A DNA stretch of 64,000 nucleotides from Chrysemys picta bellii (taxonomy: Eukaryota): NCBI RefSeq assembly GCF_011386835.1, contig NC_088791.1:351416001-351480000 (forward strand). The letters run 5' to 3'. Below, in pieces: positions 22,731 to 33,871 of this stretch; within the stretch, counting starts at the first letter, position 1, and each line of letters opens with the position of its first letter. The notes beneath the pieces were generated by a model that was not told where the DNA came from, made no database searches, and saw nothing but the letters and a program-made list of their open reading frames with translations. Made by a program: the position numbers and the translations under genes.

Positions 22731-23687
22731 TCAGTGGCCCCCGAGAGAACACATTCTGTAAGTGCATTTGACCACTTTCTCACGAAGTTCTTTGTTTTTG
22801 ACCCCGTAAATGATAGGGTTCAGCATGTTGGGGAGGAGGAAATAGAGGTTGGCCAAGATAATTTGAATGTGGGGATTGATGCCCTGACCGAACCTATGTG
22901 TCAGAGTGGAAAAGAAGAAGGGAGGATAAGACATCAACATCACACAGATGTGGGCTGTGCAGGTGTTGAGGGCTTTCTCGTGGGCTTTCTTGGAGGAGAT
23001 TCTGAGGACGGCCCTGAGGATCAGACCATAGGACAGGGCAATGAGCATTAGGTCTAACCCTAAAACTACAAATGCTATCACCAAGCCATACATCCTGTTG
23101 ACTGTGATGTCCCCACATGACATCTTCACCACAGCCATGTGCTCACAGTACGTGTGGGGGATAATGCGGTTGGCACAGAATGGATGCCTGCTCAGGAGCA
23201 GGGGCAGGGGCAGAATGAAGAGAACAGCTCTTATCAAACCCACTAGCGCTAGCTTAACTATTCGTGCATTGGTGAGGATGGTGGTGTACCTCAGAGGGTT
23301 ACATATGGCAACATAGCGATCAAAGGCCATTGTCACGAGGACGGCTGATTGCATAATAGAAACTGCATGAAGGAAGAACATCTGGGTGAGGCAGCCACCC
23401 AGAGTAATGCCTTTCAAATTGAACCAAAATATACACAGTGCCTTTGGCACGACGGAGGTAGATGTGCCAATGTCTGTAAGTGCCAGCATGCAGAGTAGCA
23501 GGTACATCGGCTTGTGCAGGGTCTGTTCTTTGCTTACAACAAAAAGAAGCATGAAATTTCCCAACAGGCCAATTACAAACAACATAGAGAAAGGGATGGA
23601 AATCCAGATGTGAGCAGCTTCTAGCCCAGGGATGCCCATTAAGATGAATGTTGAAGGGTCAGAAGGGGTGAGGTTGAAAGCTGCCAT
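22731..23687 (-). CDS. Olfactory receptor family 52-like, paralogue 2 (318 aa; start corrected to ATG 23687; 6-aa C-terminal extension)
   Basis: Track ORF begins at a TTG (23756) that lies upstream of the conserved splice acceptor; MAAFNLT start matches the paralogues; all OR52 motifs present. Confidence 0.93.
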   Translation of the reverse strand: MAAFNLTPSDPSTFILMGIPGLEAAHIWISIPFSMLFVIGLLGNFMLLFVVSKEQTLHKPMYLLLCMLALTDIGTSTSVVPKALCIFWFNLKGITLGGCLTQMFFLHAVSIMQSAVLVTMAFDRYVAICNPLRYTTILTNARIVKLALVGLIRAVLFILPLPLLLSRHPFCANRIIPHTYCEHMAVVKMSCGDITVNRMYGLVIAFVVLGLDLMLIALSYGLILRAVLRISSKKAHEKALNTCTAHICVMLMSYPPFFFSTLTHRFGQGINPHIQIILANLYFLLPNMLNPIIYGVKNKELREKVVKCTYRMCSLGGH

Positions 23688-23731
23688 GAGGTGGTCGATG
23701 AGATGATCAGGGTCAGAAACTATCAAGGTTC

Positions 23732-23770
23732 CTGTGAAGAGAGAGAAGCACAGCAAGGGGATTACACACT
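23732..23770 (-). other. 3' splice site of OR52 paralogue 2 coding exon
   Basis: tgtgcttctctctcttcacag|g, 44 nt upstream of ATG 23687. Confidence 0.75.
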
Positions 23771-23809
23771 TTATAACAATTATAACAAATAGTTATATTT
23801 GATAAACCT

Positions 23810-24259
23810 CCAGGGGTAGCCGTGTTAGTCGGTATCCACAAAAACAACAAGGAGTCCAGTGACATCTTAAAGACTAACAGATTTATATGGGCATAAGCTT
23901 TTGTGGGTAAAAAACCCACTTCTTCAGATGCATGGAGTGAGAATTACAGATGCAGGCACTGTTATACTGACACCTGAAGAGAAGGGAGCTACCTCACAAG
24001 TGGAAAACCAGTGTTGACAAGGCCAATTCAATCAGGGTGGATGTCGTCCTCTCCCAATAATTGATGAGGAGGTGTCAATTCCAGGAGAGGAAAAGTTGCT
24101 TCTGTAATGAGCCAGCCACTCCCAGTCCCTATTCAAGCCCAGATTAATGGCGTAAAATTTGCAAATGAATTTTAGTTCTGCCGTTTCTCTTTGAAGTCTG
24201 GTTCTGAGGTTTTTTTGTTCAAGTTTGGCTACTTTTAAATCTGTTATAGAATGTCCAGG
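23810..24259 (-). mobile_element. Penelope-like element 3' fragment
   Basis: Track ORF 24032-24268 (PGHSITDLKVA..LQRETAELKFICK..GLNRDWEWLAHY) is homologous to the end of the 33.8 kb ORF; followed by pLTR sequence. Confidence 0.85.
23891..23931 (-). ncRNA. Penelope hammerhead motif, probably inactive (GAAA to AAAA)
   Basis: Minus strand gcat-CTGAAGA-a-gtgggt/acccac-AAAA-gctta-tgc. Confidence 0.55.
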
Positions 24260-25275
24260 TGGTGACACCCAGGCTGCAGTTCTGTGACTTGACAGGGCAG
24301 GTCCCCACCCGGCACAACTTCCATCCCTGCCACACAGCGATACCCCTCACTCAGGTGCCAGACCCCACAGCAACAGCTCACAGAAATATCTCCTCAGACG
24401 AGGTTAAACTCAGTGTCTGCCTGCACCGGGGAAAAGGGGGAGATCAGCCTGAACTGCCTTTCCGGGGGTGAAGGGAACCCCAGCAGCAGTCAGCCTATGC
24501 AGGGAAGGAGAAAGGGACAGACCCGGTGGGAGGGACAGAGGACGTGGAGACTAAAAGGAGCCAGCATGAGTAACTCCTCCTCAAAGCGAAACAAAGCTTT
24601 AACGTATTGCAGCCCATTAGATCTCAATGGGACGAGATTCACCCTGAGTTTTTAACTTTTGGCTACAAGCTGCAAAAATCACTTGTTTGGGTCCTGCTAC
24701 AGAGAGAGCACTTCTGTGAGAGCGCTGAAAGATTGTGAAGGAAACCCCCAGTTTATGTGGTGTTCTGAGACCAGGCATGAAAGATGGGGATTCCAAAACA
24801 CATGGGCCCTGATTTGGCTCTCAGGGAGGCCAGCGTCAATCTGGAGTGACCCAGTGATGGTCAAATGTGAGAGCAGAATCTGGCCAGTGTGTGACCCATT
24901 CTTGTTGTGAACTCTCTGGTAACACAGATACCCATTGCAGAGGCTTTGGTTGCACTTCCTAATAGGTCAGTGAAGTCGCTGAATTGGAGAAAATTAATGA
25001 ACCAGAGAAAAATCACACCGGCCAAAAAAGGAAATTACTGAGACAGATAGAGGGACAAAGTAAGAGACAAGGAATTTTCTTAAAAACAATTATTTGTCTA
25101 AACTATTCCCAGTATATTTGTAGTTTCAATGTTATCAGGTAAATCCTTTGGTGTTTCTAACAATACTAAACAGTTCACATCACCGTGCTGCTGAATTCCT
25201 GCCCAGATGGTTCTTGACTTGTACCCTGGAACCCTTCCTGAGCCCTTAGCACTAACTTTAGTGCAGAAACAAGCA

Positions 25276-25465
25276 ACTCACCATAATCTCGCTCAGCCGA
25301 AAGAAGAAATCTATTCGACATGTTGGGCAGTGATCTTTATGATTCCCCTGTACAGTCCCTGCAGACTCTCAGGTTGGCCAGGATTCCTGGAAAACTCCCT
25401 TGGCTCCGTGAGCAGTGGGACATAGACGCTGGAGAATTTCAGCTTGAGAGCTTCCCCTGGGAGTG
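25276..25465 (-). promoter_or_regulatory. Candidate promoter / first exon of OR52 paralogue 2
   Basis: G|GTGAGT donor at 25276-25282; O/E-like TCCCCTGGGA at 25453. Confidence 0.45.
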
Positions 25466-25871
25466 AAGAAATGATTTGCCGATATCAGGGGCTGAAGATT
25501 GTCAGGGCAAACTGAGACTTGCACACTGTTGTTCAGCCTAGCAATTGACAATGGGTTTTTTTTTCCTGTGTGTAATGTACTGCCATCTGCACTGTGTGTG
25601 GCTATACTGCCATAAGACACGGAACCAAAAACCATTTTCAATTGATCGTAGCAGCATACTGCTGCGTATTGCCCATGCAGTTGTAATATACAGTGCATTA
25701 GCCTCTGCAAAGTCAATGCCACTCTGTGAAGGGCAAATGAAGTGATTCTTAATTAATGCCAGCAATAGGGTGTGGGAAAGGCTTTCTTCTTCCAGGATAC
25801 TGGTTTAAAATGGCTACATATATGGAGGCTCAAACTGTTCTAATATTTCCTCTCCTCTCTGCATAGGGCAA

Positions 25872-25997
25872 TAGAGGGTCCTGTGGCACCTTTAAGACTA
25901 ACAGAAGTATTGGGAGCATAAGCTTTCATGGGTAAGAACCTCACTTCTTCAGATGCAAGTGACTTGCATCTGAAGAAGTGAGGTTCTTACCCACGAA
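25872..25997 (-). mobile_element. Penelope pLTR fragment ending in a 36-bp-arm palindrome
   Basis: gtcctgtggcacctttaagactaac.. pLTR; arms 25925-25960 and 25962-25997 are reverse complements with one mismatch. Confidence 0.8.
25916..25956 (-). ncRNA. Penelope hammerhead motif with canonical CUGAAGA/GAAA/UUA core, weak stem II
   Basis: Minus strand gcat-CTGAAGA-agtgaggttcttacccat-GAAA-gctta-tgc. Confidence 0.5.
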
Positions 25998-26599
25998 CTA
26001 TGCTGGGTAAGAAATTAGGTCCCCAGGCACCTGTGATGCAAGCATAGGGCAGGGACTGTATCCAGAACAAAAGATCCAGATATAGCAGTTGTTTGATTCC
26101 TTGTCCACTGTGTTCTCCCCCGAGCAGGGCATAACAACGTAAAGCAGCACAGTGAGTGGAGAAGTCCCATTGTACTAATTCTGACACAGGGTAGCACAGC
26201 CACTTTTCTGCATCAGTTTCTGAAAGATCAACACAATATTGAAATTTGATGATTACCCTACAGAAACAGACCTCCCCTATAGTTGCAGGGAAACGTTGTG
26301 TGGAATGTCGTCCTCCTGGGTCAGTTAATGGCTGTTTTGGCCAGTGCCAGGGAAAGTCTGATGAGATCTTGTGACTTCATGGTGTTACCCTGCTGGTAAC
26401 GGTGGGGTTCTGCACCGAGGGGCTTTAGTTAAGAGACTAGGAGACCCTATCCAGAAAACACACGTCATTTACTGAGTGATACTTAAGCATCCATACACAA
26501 TAGTAAAATCGTGCTCTGTATGGTTTATTGAAATCATAGCTCTTTTCTTGTGATCTAGCCACACGCCTCAGGCAGATTGGTAACTGAAATCTGTCACAC

Positions 26600-29437
26600 C
26601 TCTACAGAAATGCAAGAAGCCTGGGAAACAAGCAGGAAGAATAAGAAGTCTTGGCACAGTGAAGGAACTATGCTGTGATTGGAATAACAGACTTGGTGGA
26701 GTAGCTCACATGACTGGAGCACTGTCATGCATGGGTATAAACTGTTTAGAAAGGACAGACAGGGGAGAAAAGGTGGAGGAGTTGCACTGTATGTAGGGGA
26801 GCAGTATGATTGCTCAGAGCTCCAGTATGAAACTAGAAAAACCTATTGAGAGTTTTTGGGTTAAGTTTAGAGGTGAGAGCAAAACGGGTGATGTCATGGT
26901 GGGAGTGTGCTATAGACCACCAGACCATGAGGATGAGGAACAGGAGGCATTCTTCGGAAAATTAATAGAAGTTTCCAGATCGCAGGGCCTGGTTCCCATG
27001 GGGGACTTCAATCACCCTGACATTTGCTGGGAGAGCAATACAGCAATGCACAGACAATCCAGGAAGTATTTGGAGACTGCTGAGGACAACTTCATGGTGC
27101 AAGTGCTGGAGGAACCAACAAGGGGCCATGTTCCCCTTGACCTGCTGCTTACAAAGAGGGAAGAATTGGTAGGGAAATAGAAGTGGGTGGCAACCTGGGC
27201 AGCAGCGACCCTGAGGTGGTTGAGTTCAGGATCCTGACAAAAGGAGGAAAGGAGAGTAGTAAAAGATGGATCCTGAAATTCAGAAAAGCAGATTTTGACT
27301 GCCTTAGGGAACTGATGGGCAGGACACTCTCAGAAGCTAATATGAGGGGAAAAGGAGTCTAAGAGAGCTGGTTGTATTTTAAAGAAGCCTTATTGAGGGC
27401 ACAGGAACAAACCATTCAAATGTGCAGAAAAAATTACAAATATGGCAGGTGACCAGATTGGCTTAAAACAGATATCTTTGGTGAGCTTAAACACAAAAAG
27501 GAAGCTTGCAAGAAGTGGAAACTTGGACAGATGATTAGGGAGGAGTATAAAAATATTGCTCAAGCATGCAGGGGTGTAATCAGGCAGGCCAAAGCACAAT
27601 TGGAATTGCAGCTAGCAAGGGATGTGAAGGGTAACAAGAAGGGTTCTACAGGTATGTTAGCAACATGAAGAAGGTCAGGGAAAGTGTGGGACCCTTAATG
27701 AATGGGGGAGGCAACCTAATGACAGGTGATATGGAAAAAGCTGAAGTACTCAATGGTTTCTTTTCTTCAGTCTTCACAGACGAGGTCAGCTCCCAGACTG
27801 CTGCACTGGGCAGCACAGTATGGGGAGGAGGTGAGCAGCCCTCAGTAGTGAAAGAACAGGTTAAGGACCATTTAGAAAACCTGGACATGCACAAGTCTAT
27901 GAGCCTGGATCTAATGTATCCAAGGGTGGTGAGGGAGTTGGCTAATGTGATTGCAGAGCCATTGGCCATTATCTTTGAAAATTCAGAATGATCAGGGGAG
28001 GTCCCGGTTGATTGGAAAAAAGCAAATATAGTGCCCATCTTTAAAAAAAGAAGAAGGAGATTCTGGGGAACTACAGACCGGTCAGCCTCACCTCAGTCCC
28101 TGGAAAAATCATGGCGCAGGTCCTAAAGGAATCCATTTTGAAGCACTTAGAGGAGAGAAAGGTGTTTAGGAACAGTGAATATGGATTCACCAAGGGCGAG
28201 TAATGCCTGACCAACCTAATTCACTTCTATGGTGAGATAACTGCCTCTATGGATATGTGGAAAGCTGTGGACATGATATATCCAGACTGTAGCAAAGCTT
28301 TTGTTACCGTCTCCCATGGTATACTTGCCAGCAAGTTAAAAAAGTATGAATTGTTTGAATGGACTATACAGTGGATAGAAACCTGGCTAGATTGTCAGGC
28401 TCAACTGGTAGTTATGAATGGGTCAATGTCTAGTCGGCAGCCAGTATCAAGCGGAGTGCCCCAGGGGTCTGTCCTGGGGCCATTTTGTTCATCATCTTTA
28501 TTAATGAACTGGATCTTGGGATGGATTGCACCCTGAGCAAGTTCAGAGATGACACTAAGGTGGGGAGAGAGATCGATATGCTGGAGGGTAGGGATAGGAT
28601 CCAGAGTGACCTAGACAAATTAGAGGATTGGGCCAAAAGAAATCTGATGAGGTTCAACAAGGACAAGTGCAGAGTCCTGCACTTAGGACGGAAGAATCCC
28701 ATTCACTGTTACAAGCTGGTGACTGACTTGCTAAATGTCAGTTCTGCAGAAAAGGAACTGTGGATTACAGTGGATGAGAACCTTGATATGAGTCGGCAGT
28801 GTGTCCTTCTTACCCAGAAGGCTAACAGCTCATTGGGCTGCATTAGTAAGAGCATTGCCAGCAGATCGAGGGAAGTAATTATTCCCCTTGATTCAGCACT
28901 GGTGAGGCCATACTGGGAGTATTTTGTCCAGGTTTGGGCCCCCCACTACAGAAAGGATGTGTACAAATTTGAGAGAGTCCAAAGGAGGGCAATGAAAATG
29001 ATTAGGGGGCTGGAGCACATGACTTATGAGGAGAGGCTGAAGGAACTGGGTTATTTAGTCTGCAGAAGAGAAGAGCGAGGAGGGATTTGATAGCAGCCTT
29101 CAACTACCTGAAGGGGGGTTCCAAAGCGGATGGAGCTCGGCTGCTCTCAATGGTGGCAGGTGACATAACAAGGAGCAATGGTCTCAAGTTGCAGTGGGGG
29201 AGGTCTAGGTTGGATATTAGGAAACACTATTTCACTAGGAGGGTGGTGAAGCACTGGAATGGGTTACCTAGGGAGGTGGTGAAATCTCCATCCTTAGAGG
29301 TTTTTAAGGCCTGGCTTGACAAAGCCTTGGCTGGGATGATTTAGTTGGTGTTGGTCCTGCTTTGAGGCAGGGGGTTGGACTAGATGACCTCCTGAGGTCT
29401 GTTCCAACTCTAATATTCTATGATTCTATGAATCTAT
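26600..29437 (+). mobile_element. CR1 LINE, most of ORF2 (AP endonuclease and RT), disrupted
   Basis: [42 protein letters not shown] in fragmented ORFs; (ATTCTATG)n tail at 29415-29437. Confidence 0.92.
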
Positions 29438-30612
29438 GCCCCCATCTCTGGATATTCCCTGTCATGGCTGCCACTTCCTGTAGCTCCTCCTCCCTCCATA
29501 TGCTGCTGGGCTTCCAGCACTCCTGGGCTCCACATAGTCCTTCCACGGTGGCAGCAAAGCCAGGAATCATCCCTGTAACACACGTCTCCCCCTCAGACCC
29601 TGCACAGTTGGGCTGTCTACCTTTAGCCCCCGCCAGCACTTGCCCTCTTTGTTTTCTTGGCACTCCTCCTATGCAGCCCTTCTCCTGGCTTCCCTCTGAG
29701 GATTCACCCACCTATGGGCACCAGGACACCACAGATACCCCCACCCAGTGGAAAGTCCCATCCAGAGCAGATGGAGGGTCCGTGGCTCCCCACAGCTGCC
29801 CACATGGCGTACACTGAGTCACCTCCAGGTTCTGGCCTTGCCTGGACGTGGGACCTCAGTCACCAAAGAGCTGCAGCCAGCTGTGGGGAGCTGCAGACCC
29901 TCCATTTCCCCTAGGTGGGGGGGATCCAGGGGGCAGGGACATGGGCCAGGGGTTGCTCCTGGGCCCCCCCTACCCTGGGCAGGTGGAGACTCTGCAGCTC
30001 CCCTCAGCTGCCTGGGCTCCTGGGCTGCTCTTACCCGGCTTGGGCTCCAGCTTCTGGCCTGGATGGGGGCGTAACCTCGGAGTGAAGAGGAGGGGTAGGG
30101 GGCTGGGCCTGGGGTGAATGGTGGATTTCCCAGGCCTGTCCACTCTCAAAAGTGGGAGGACAATGGTCCTTTCTCCACCAGCCTCCCCCATCTGGTGCTC
30201 CTGCCCAAGACTCCAGCCTCCGCAGGTCAGACACCTATCCTGGCATTCTCTCAGTCTGTAGGCGGCAGGACCCTTCTCCCCAGCATCTCCCATCAGATTC
30301 ATGTCCCCCCTTCTGAGTCCGGCCTTCAAAGCCCTCCTGTCGAGCAACATCTCCCTGGGCTGGGCCCTCTGCACGTGGCCTCCCCTTGCTCTTCCCAGCT
30401 GCTCTTTGTTCTCAGCTGCCATGTTACTTCTGCCACGGTTGGCATCCACGGCCCTGCAGCTCCCTGCTATAGTCTTGCCCTGGGTCCTGCACTGCCCCAA
30501 CCCCTGGCTTTGGTCTGCGCCTGCTCCCCACCTCTGCCTTCTTCCTCAGTGCTGCTGCTCTGCCTCCAGCCCAGCTCTGCCTTCAGGGCTGTTTTTCTGG
30601 ACCCTCTGGTCT

Positions 30613-32090
30613 GGGGTTGCCAGATTTCTACTGCATTCATGGCCCAATATCACTTAAAAACTAATCTGATAATAGCCCAGTCCACTTCCTTAAGCAAAGC
30701 TTTTTTTTTATTAACACATTGGTGTATACATCAAGTAAGAAGTGAAAAATGTCATTAGATACCTAGTACAAATTAGATATATTTTTTTTAAAAGGTACAA
30801 GGCACAGCAGGAGTTTGTCCAGCTTAGGAACAAAACTATGAGATGAAAATCAAATTCAAAACCCACCTACTGGTACTTGTATCCTGATTGAGGACTGGTA
30901 AATGTTTCAGACAAAAACACAGAATGATGGTGATAAAACAACCCAGAAGGAGACTAAAATGTATGTAGTTCAAAAACTATAGTAAAATTATTATGGTATT
31001 TATTTCTAATGGCATTCACTAATGGTAGTCATTGACTATATTTTGTGTTGAATTAGTTTGTTACTGTTAGTCTCTGAAATGCGACATTTCATCCTCGCTG
31101 TCTTCATCAGAAGTAGAATGCTTCTGGTGCTGGTCATACATCAGCAGAGACCAGTGTAATCATTTCTTTTGTTGGTGCAAACTGTTCACAAGAGAATTTG
31201 TGTCGTTGCATATACGCTTTAACATGAAGAATGTTTTCTAAAAGTTCCTTTTGCATCTTATTGTGCAGTTTTGTTTTTATCAAGTTCATCTGAGAAACAT
31301 TCTTTGAACTGCAGTGTTGCAAAAAGGTAGGTACAGCAAAGAAAGCGCACACAAGCCAAGTTCAATAAAGTCTTTGTCCCCAGCGGCATCCATGTGTCTG
31401 ATAACTTCAACCCCAAACTACTCAACTTGTTTGTCCTGAGTATGAGGCCAGTGATCCATAGGAAAAACTCTCCACTACTTCTCCAGTTGTCCAAGGTGTT
31501 CACAAACCAATGGCAAATATGAGATATTAGCCAATCTAGCTCGTGCAGAACCGAGTGCAGTCGAAGGACTTAGTGCTGGAAGTGATTCAATCATCCAGAT
31601 GTTTGGTGATAATCCCTGTTTCACCTGTTTCACAAACTCTAACATGAAATTTTGACACCTGCTCTTGATATCTTTGACAATGGGAATGGTTAAGGTGTGT
31701 TTTGAAAGGTCCAGCTGAAAGAAAGTCTAAAATTGACTGTGCAAAGTGGTAAGTAATGTGAAACAAAGGTGATATCACAGTTTAACACATTAGTCCTGTT
31801 CTCAACAACACACAGTTTCACAACTCCAACCAACATGCTCTAGCCCCAATTCCTGCAGCAACTTTACTATCTTTCCACTTTCCATCTGAAACATTTGCTT
31901 TATTCTCCAGGATTACAGAAGAATTAAAAGTAGAAAAAAATCAGGTAAATTTTGTTCACCATATCGCTGCTCAGCACTGTAGTTTCTTTCTTTGTCTTTA
32001 GCTATGTAAAAGTGTAGCTTCAGTTTGTCTAACTGATTAAGAAACCCATTCACACAGGAACCCACCTTCTGTCAGAAAAGTGGAGTATCT
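30613..32090 (-). mobile_element. Degraded hAT transposon, unit 3
   Basis: ggggttgccagatt terminus; minus-strand MDAAGDKDFIELGLCALSLLYLPFCNTAVQRMF..QMNLIKTKLHNKMQKELLENIL. Confidence 0.68.
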
Positions 32091-32357
32091 TCTGGTGGTC
32101 TGGTAGTCACAGAAAGGCTGAGTGACAGGGTGTGTGGGATCGGGGGTTGATGGGTGACACTGAAAGAGATCAGGTGATGATCAGTGAGAGGGAACTCGAC
32201 ATCGGAGAGAGCACTGCTTTGTGATGGAGTGATAAGATGTTAGGTGTGAGAAGCTTCTCAGACTCTCAACTTCCACAGGGATGAGCACTCTTGATTAATG
32301 AGGAGATGTCCATTCCCCCTCTTTTCGCGCAGCCTTAAAGTCAGTGGCCACCAGCAA

Positions 32358-33296
32358 TTACCTTCTGCAGGTGTATTTGTCCACTTTATCACGAAGCTCT
32401 TTGGTTTTGACTCCATAAATGATAGGGTTGAGCATCGGGGGGACAAGGAGATAGAAGTTAGCGAAGGTGACATGCACATGGGGAGCAATTCCCTGACCAA
32501 ACCTCTGTGTCAGGTAGGTGAAGAGGCAGGCAGTATAAGACATCAGCATCACACAGATGTGGGATGTGCAGGTGTTAAGGGCTTTCTGGTGGGCTTTCTT
32601 GGAGGAAATTCTGAGGACAGCCCTGATGATCAGACTGTAGGACAGGGCAATGAGCGTCAGGTCCAACCCAATGACCACAAATGCTACCACCAAGCCGTAC
32701 ATCCTGTTGACTGTGAAGTCCCCACATGATATCTTCGCCACAGCCATATGCTCGCAGTACGTGTGGGGGATAATGCGGTTGGCACAGAATGGGAGCCTGC
32801 TCACAAGTAGGGGCATTGGCAGAATGAAGAGAACAGCTCTTGTCAAACCCACAAGCCCTAGTTTAGCTATTCGTGCATTGGTGAGAATTGTGGCATATCT
32901 CAGAGGGTTACATATGGCAATGTAACGATCAAAGGCCATTGTCACGAGGACGGCTGACTGCATAACAGAAACTGCGTGAATGAAGAACATCTGGGTGAGG
33001 CAGCCACCCAGAGTAATGCCTTTCAGATTGAACCATAATATACACAGTGCCTTTGGCATAACGGAGGTAGACATGCCGATGTCTGTGAGCGCCAGCATGC
33101 AGAGCAGCAGGTACATCGGCTTGTGCAGGGTCTGCTCTTTGCCTACGATAAACAGAAGCATGAAATTTCCAAACAAGCTGATAATGTAGAATGTAGAGAA
33201 AGGGATGGAAATCCACATATGGGCTACTTCCAGGCCTGGGATGCCCATTAGGATAAATGGTGCAGGTTCAGAGGGGGTGAGGTTGAAAGCTGCCAT
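32358..33296 (-). CDS. Olfactory receptor family 52-like, paralogue 3 (312 aa; ATG at 33296)
   Basis: MAAFNLT start, MAFDRYIAICNPLRY, HTYCEHMAV, TQRFG, PPMLNPIIYGVKTK. Confidence 0.94.
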   Translation of the reverse strand: MAAFNLTPSEPAPFILMGIPGLEVAHMWISIPFSTFYIISLFGNFMLLFIVGKEQTLHKPMYLLLCMLALTDIGMSTSVMPKALCILWFNLKGITLGGCLTQMFFIHAVSVMQSAVLVTMAFDRYIAICNPLRYATILTNARIAKLGLVGLTRAVLFILPMPLLVSRLPFCANRIIPHTYCEHMAVAKISCGDFTVNRMYGLVVAFVVIGLDLTLIALSYSLIIRAVLRISSKKAHQKALNTCTSHICVMLMSYTACLFTYLTQRFGQGIAPHVHVTFANFYLLVPPMLNPIIYGVKTKELRDKVDKYTCRR

Positions 33297-33340
33297 GAGA
33301 TAGCTGATGCGTTGATCGGGCTCAGAAATGTTCAACGTGC

Positions 33341-33378
33341 CTGTGAAGGGAGAGAAGCAAAGCAAGGGGGTTTACACA
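33341..33378 (-). other. 3' splice site of OR52 paralogue 3 coding exon
   Basis: ttgcttctctcccttcacag|g, 44 nt upstream of ATG 33296. Confidence 0.75.
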
Positions 33379-33871
33379 GTTTATAAGAAATAGCATGGTA
33401 AATATTTTATAGTTATTAACAATCTAGAAAAGGGGGTGAGCAGTGAGGTGGGAACATTTACTGAAGGCACCAGTATATTGAGGTCATACTCAGGTGCAGA
33501 GAAGTCCTCAGAAGGAGCTAACCAAGCCAGGTGAATGGGCGGCATGATGGCAGAGAAACTTAGATGTCAATAACTGGAGGGAATTGGAGGGGAAAATTTG
33601 TACTTCTCAAACTTCTTATGAGGTTCTAATTTAACTATATGAATTTAGTACAGGGATCTGGGAATCACTGTACAGTGGGATGGGGAATCTTACAGAAAAT
33701 ACAATGCCATGAGATCAGTCAATCAATGTTTTACCCTCCTCTGGACTCTTCTGTGTAGTACTGGGCACATTCTCACACAGGGTATTGCAGAGCCAGAGGG
33801 GTTCACGGAAGAGCAACGAGAATGATCAAGGGCCTGGGGAAACTCTCATATAGAGAGAGATTGATGAGACT

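Noticed and set aside
23688-23756. N-terminal extensions of OR ORFs in the track (also 33297-33365 and 58250-58288)
   Set aside because: They start at TTG codons, and two cross the conserved splice acceptor; the conserved ATG is MAAFN.
30114-30758. Long Pro/Ser/Leu-rich ORFs in C-rich blocks (also 18702-19250, 37815-38507, 45367-45886, 61707-62442)
   Set aside because: Low-complexity or repeat-derived; frames are not conserved between paralogous units.
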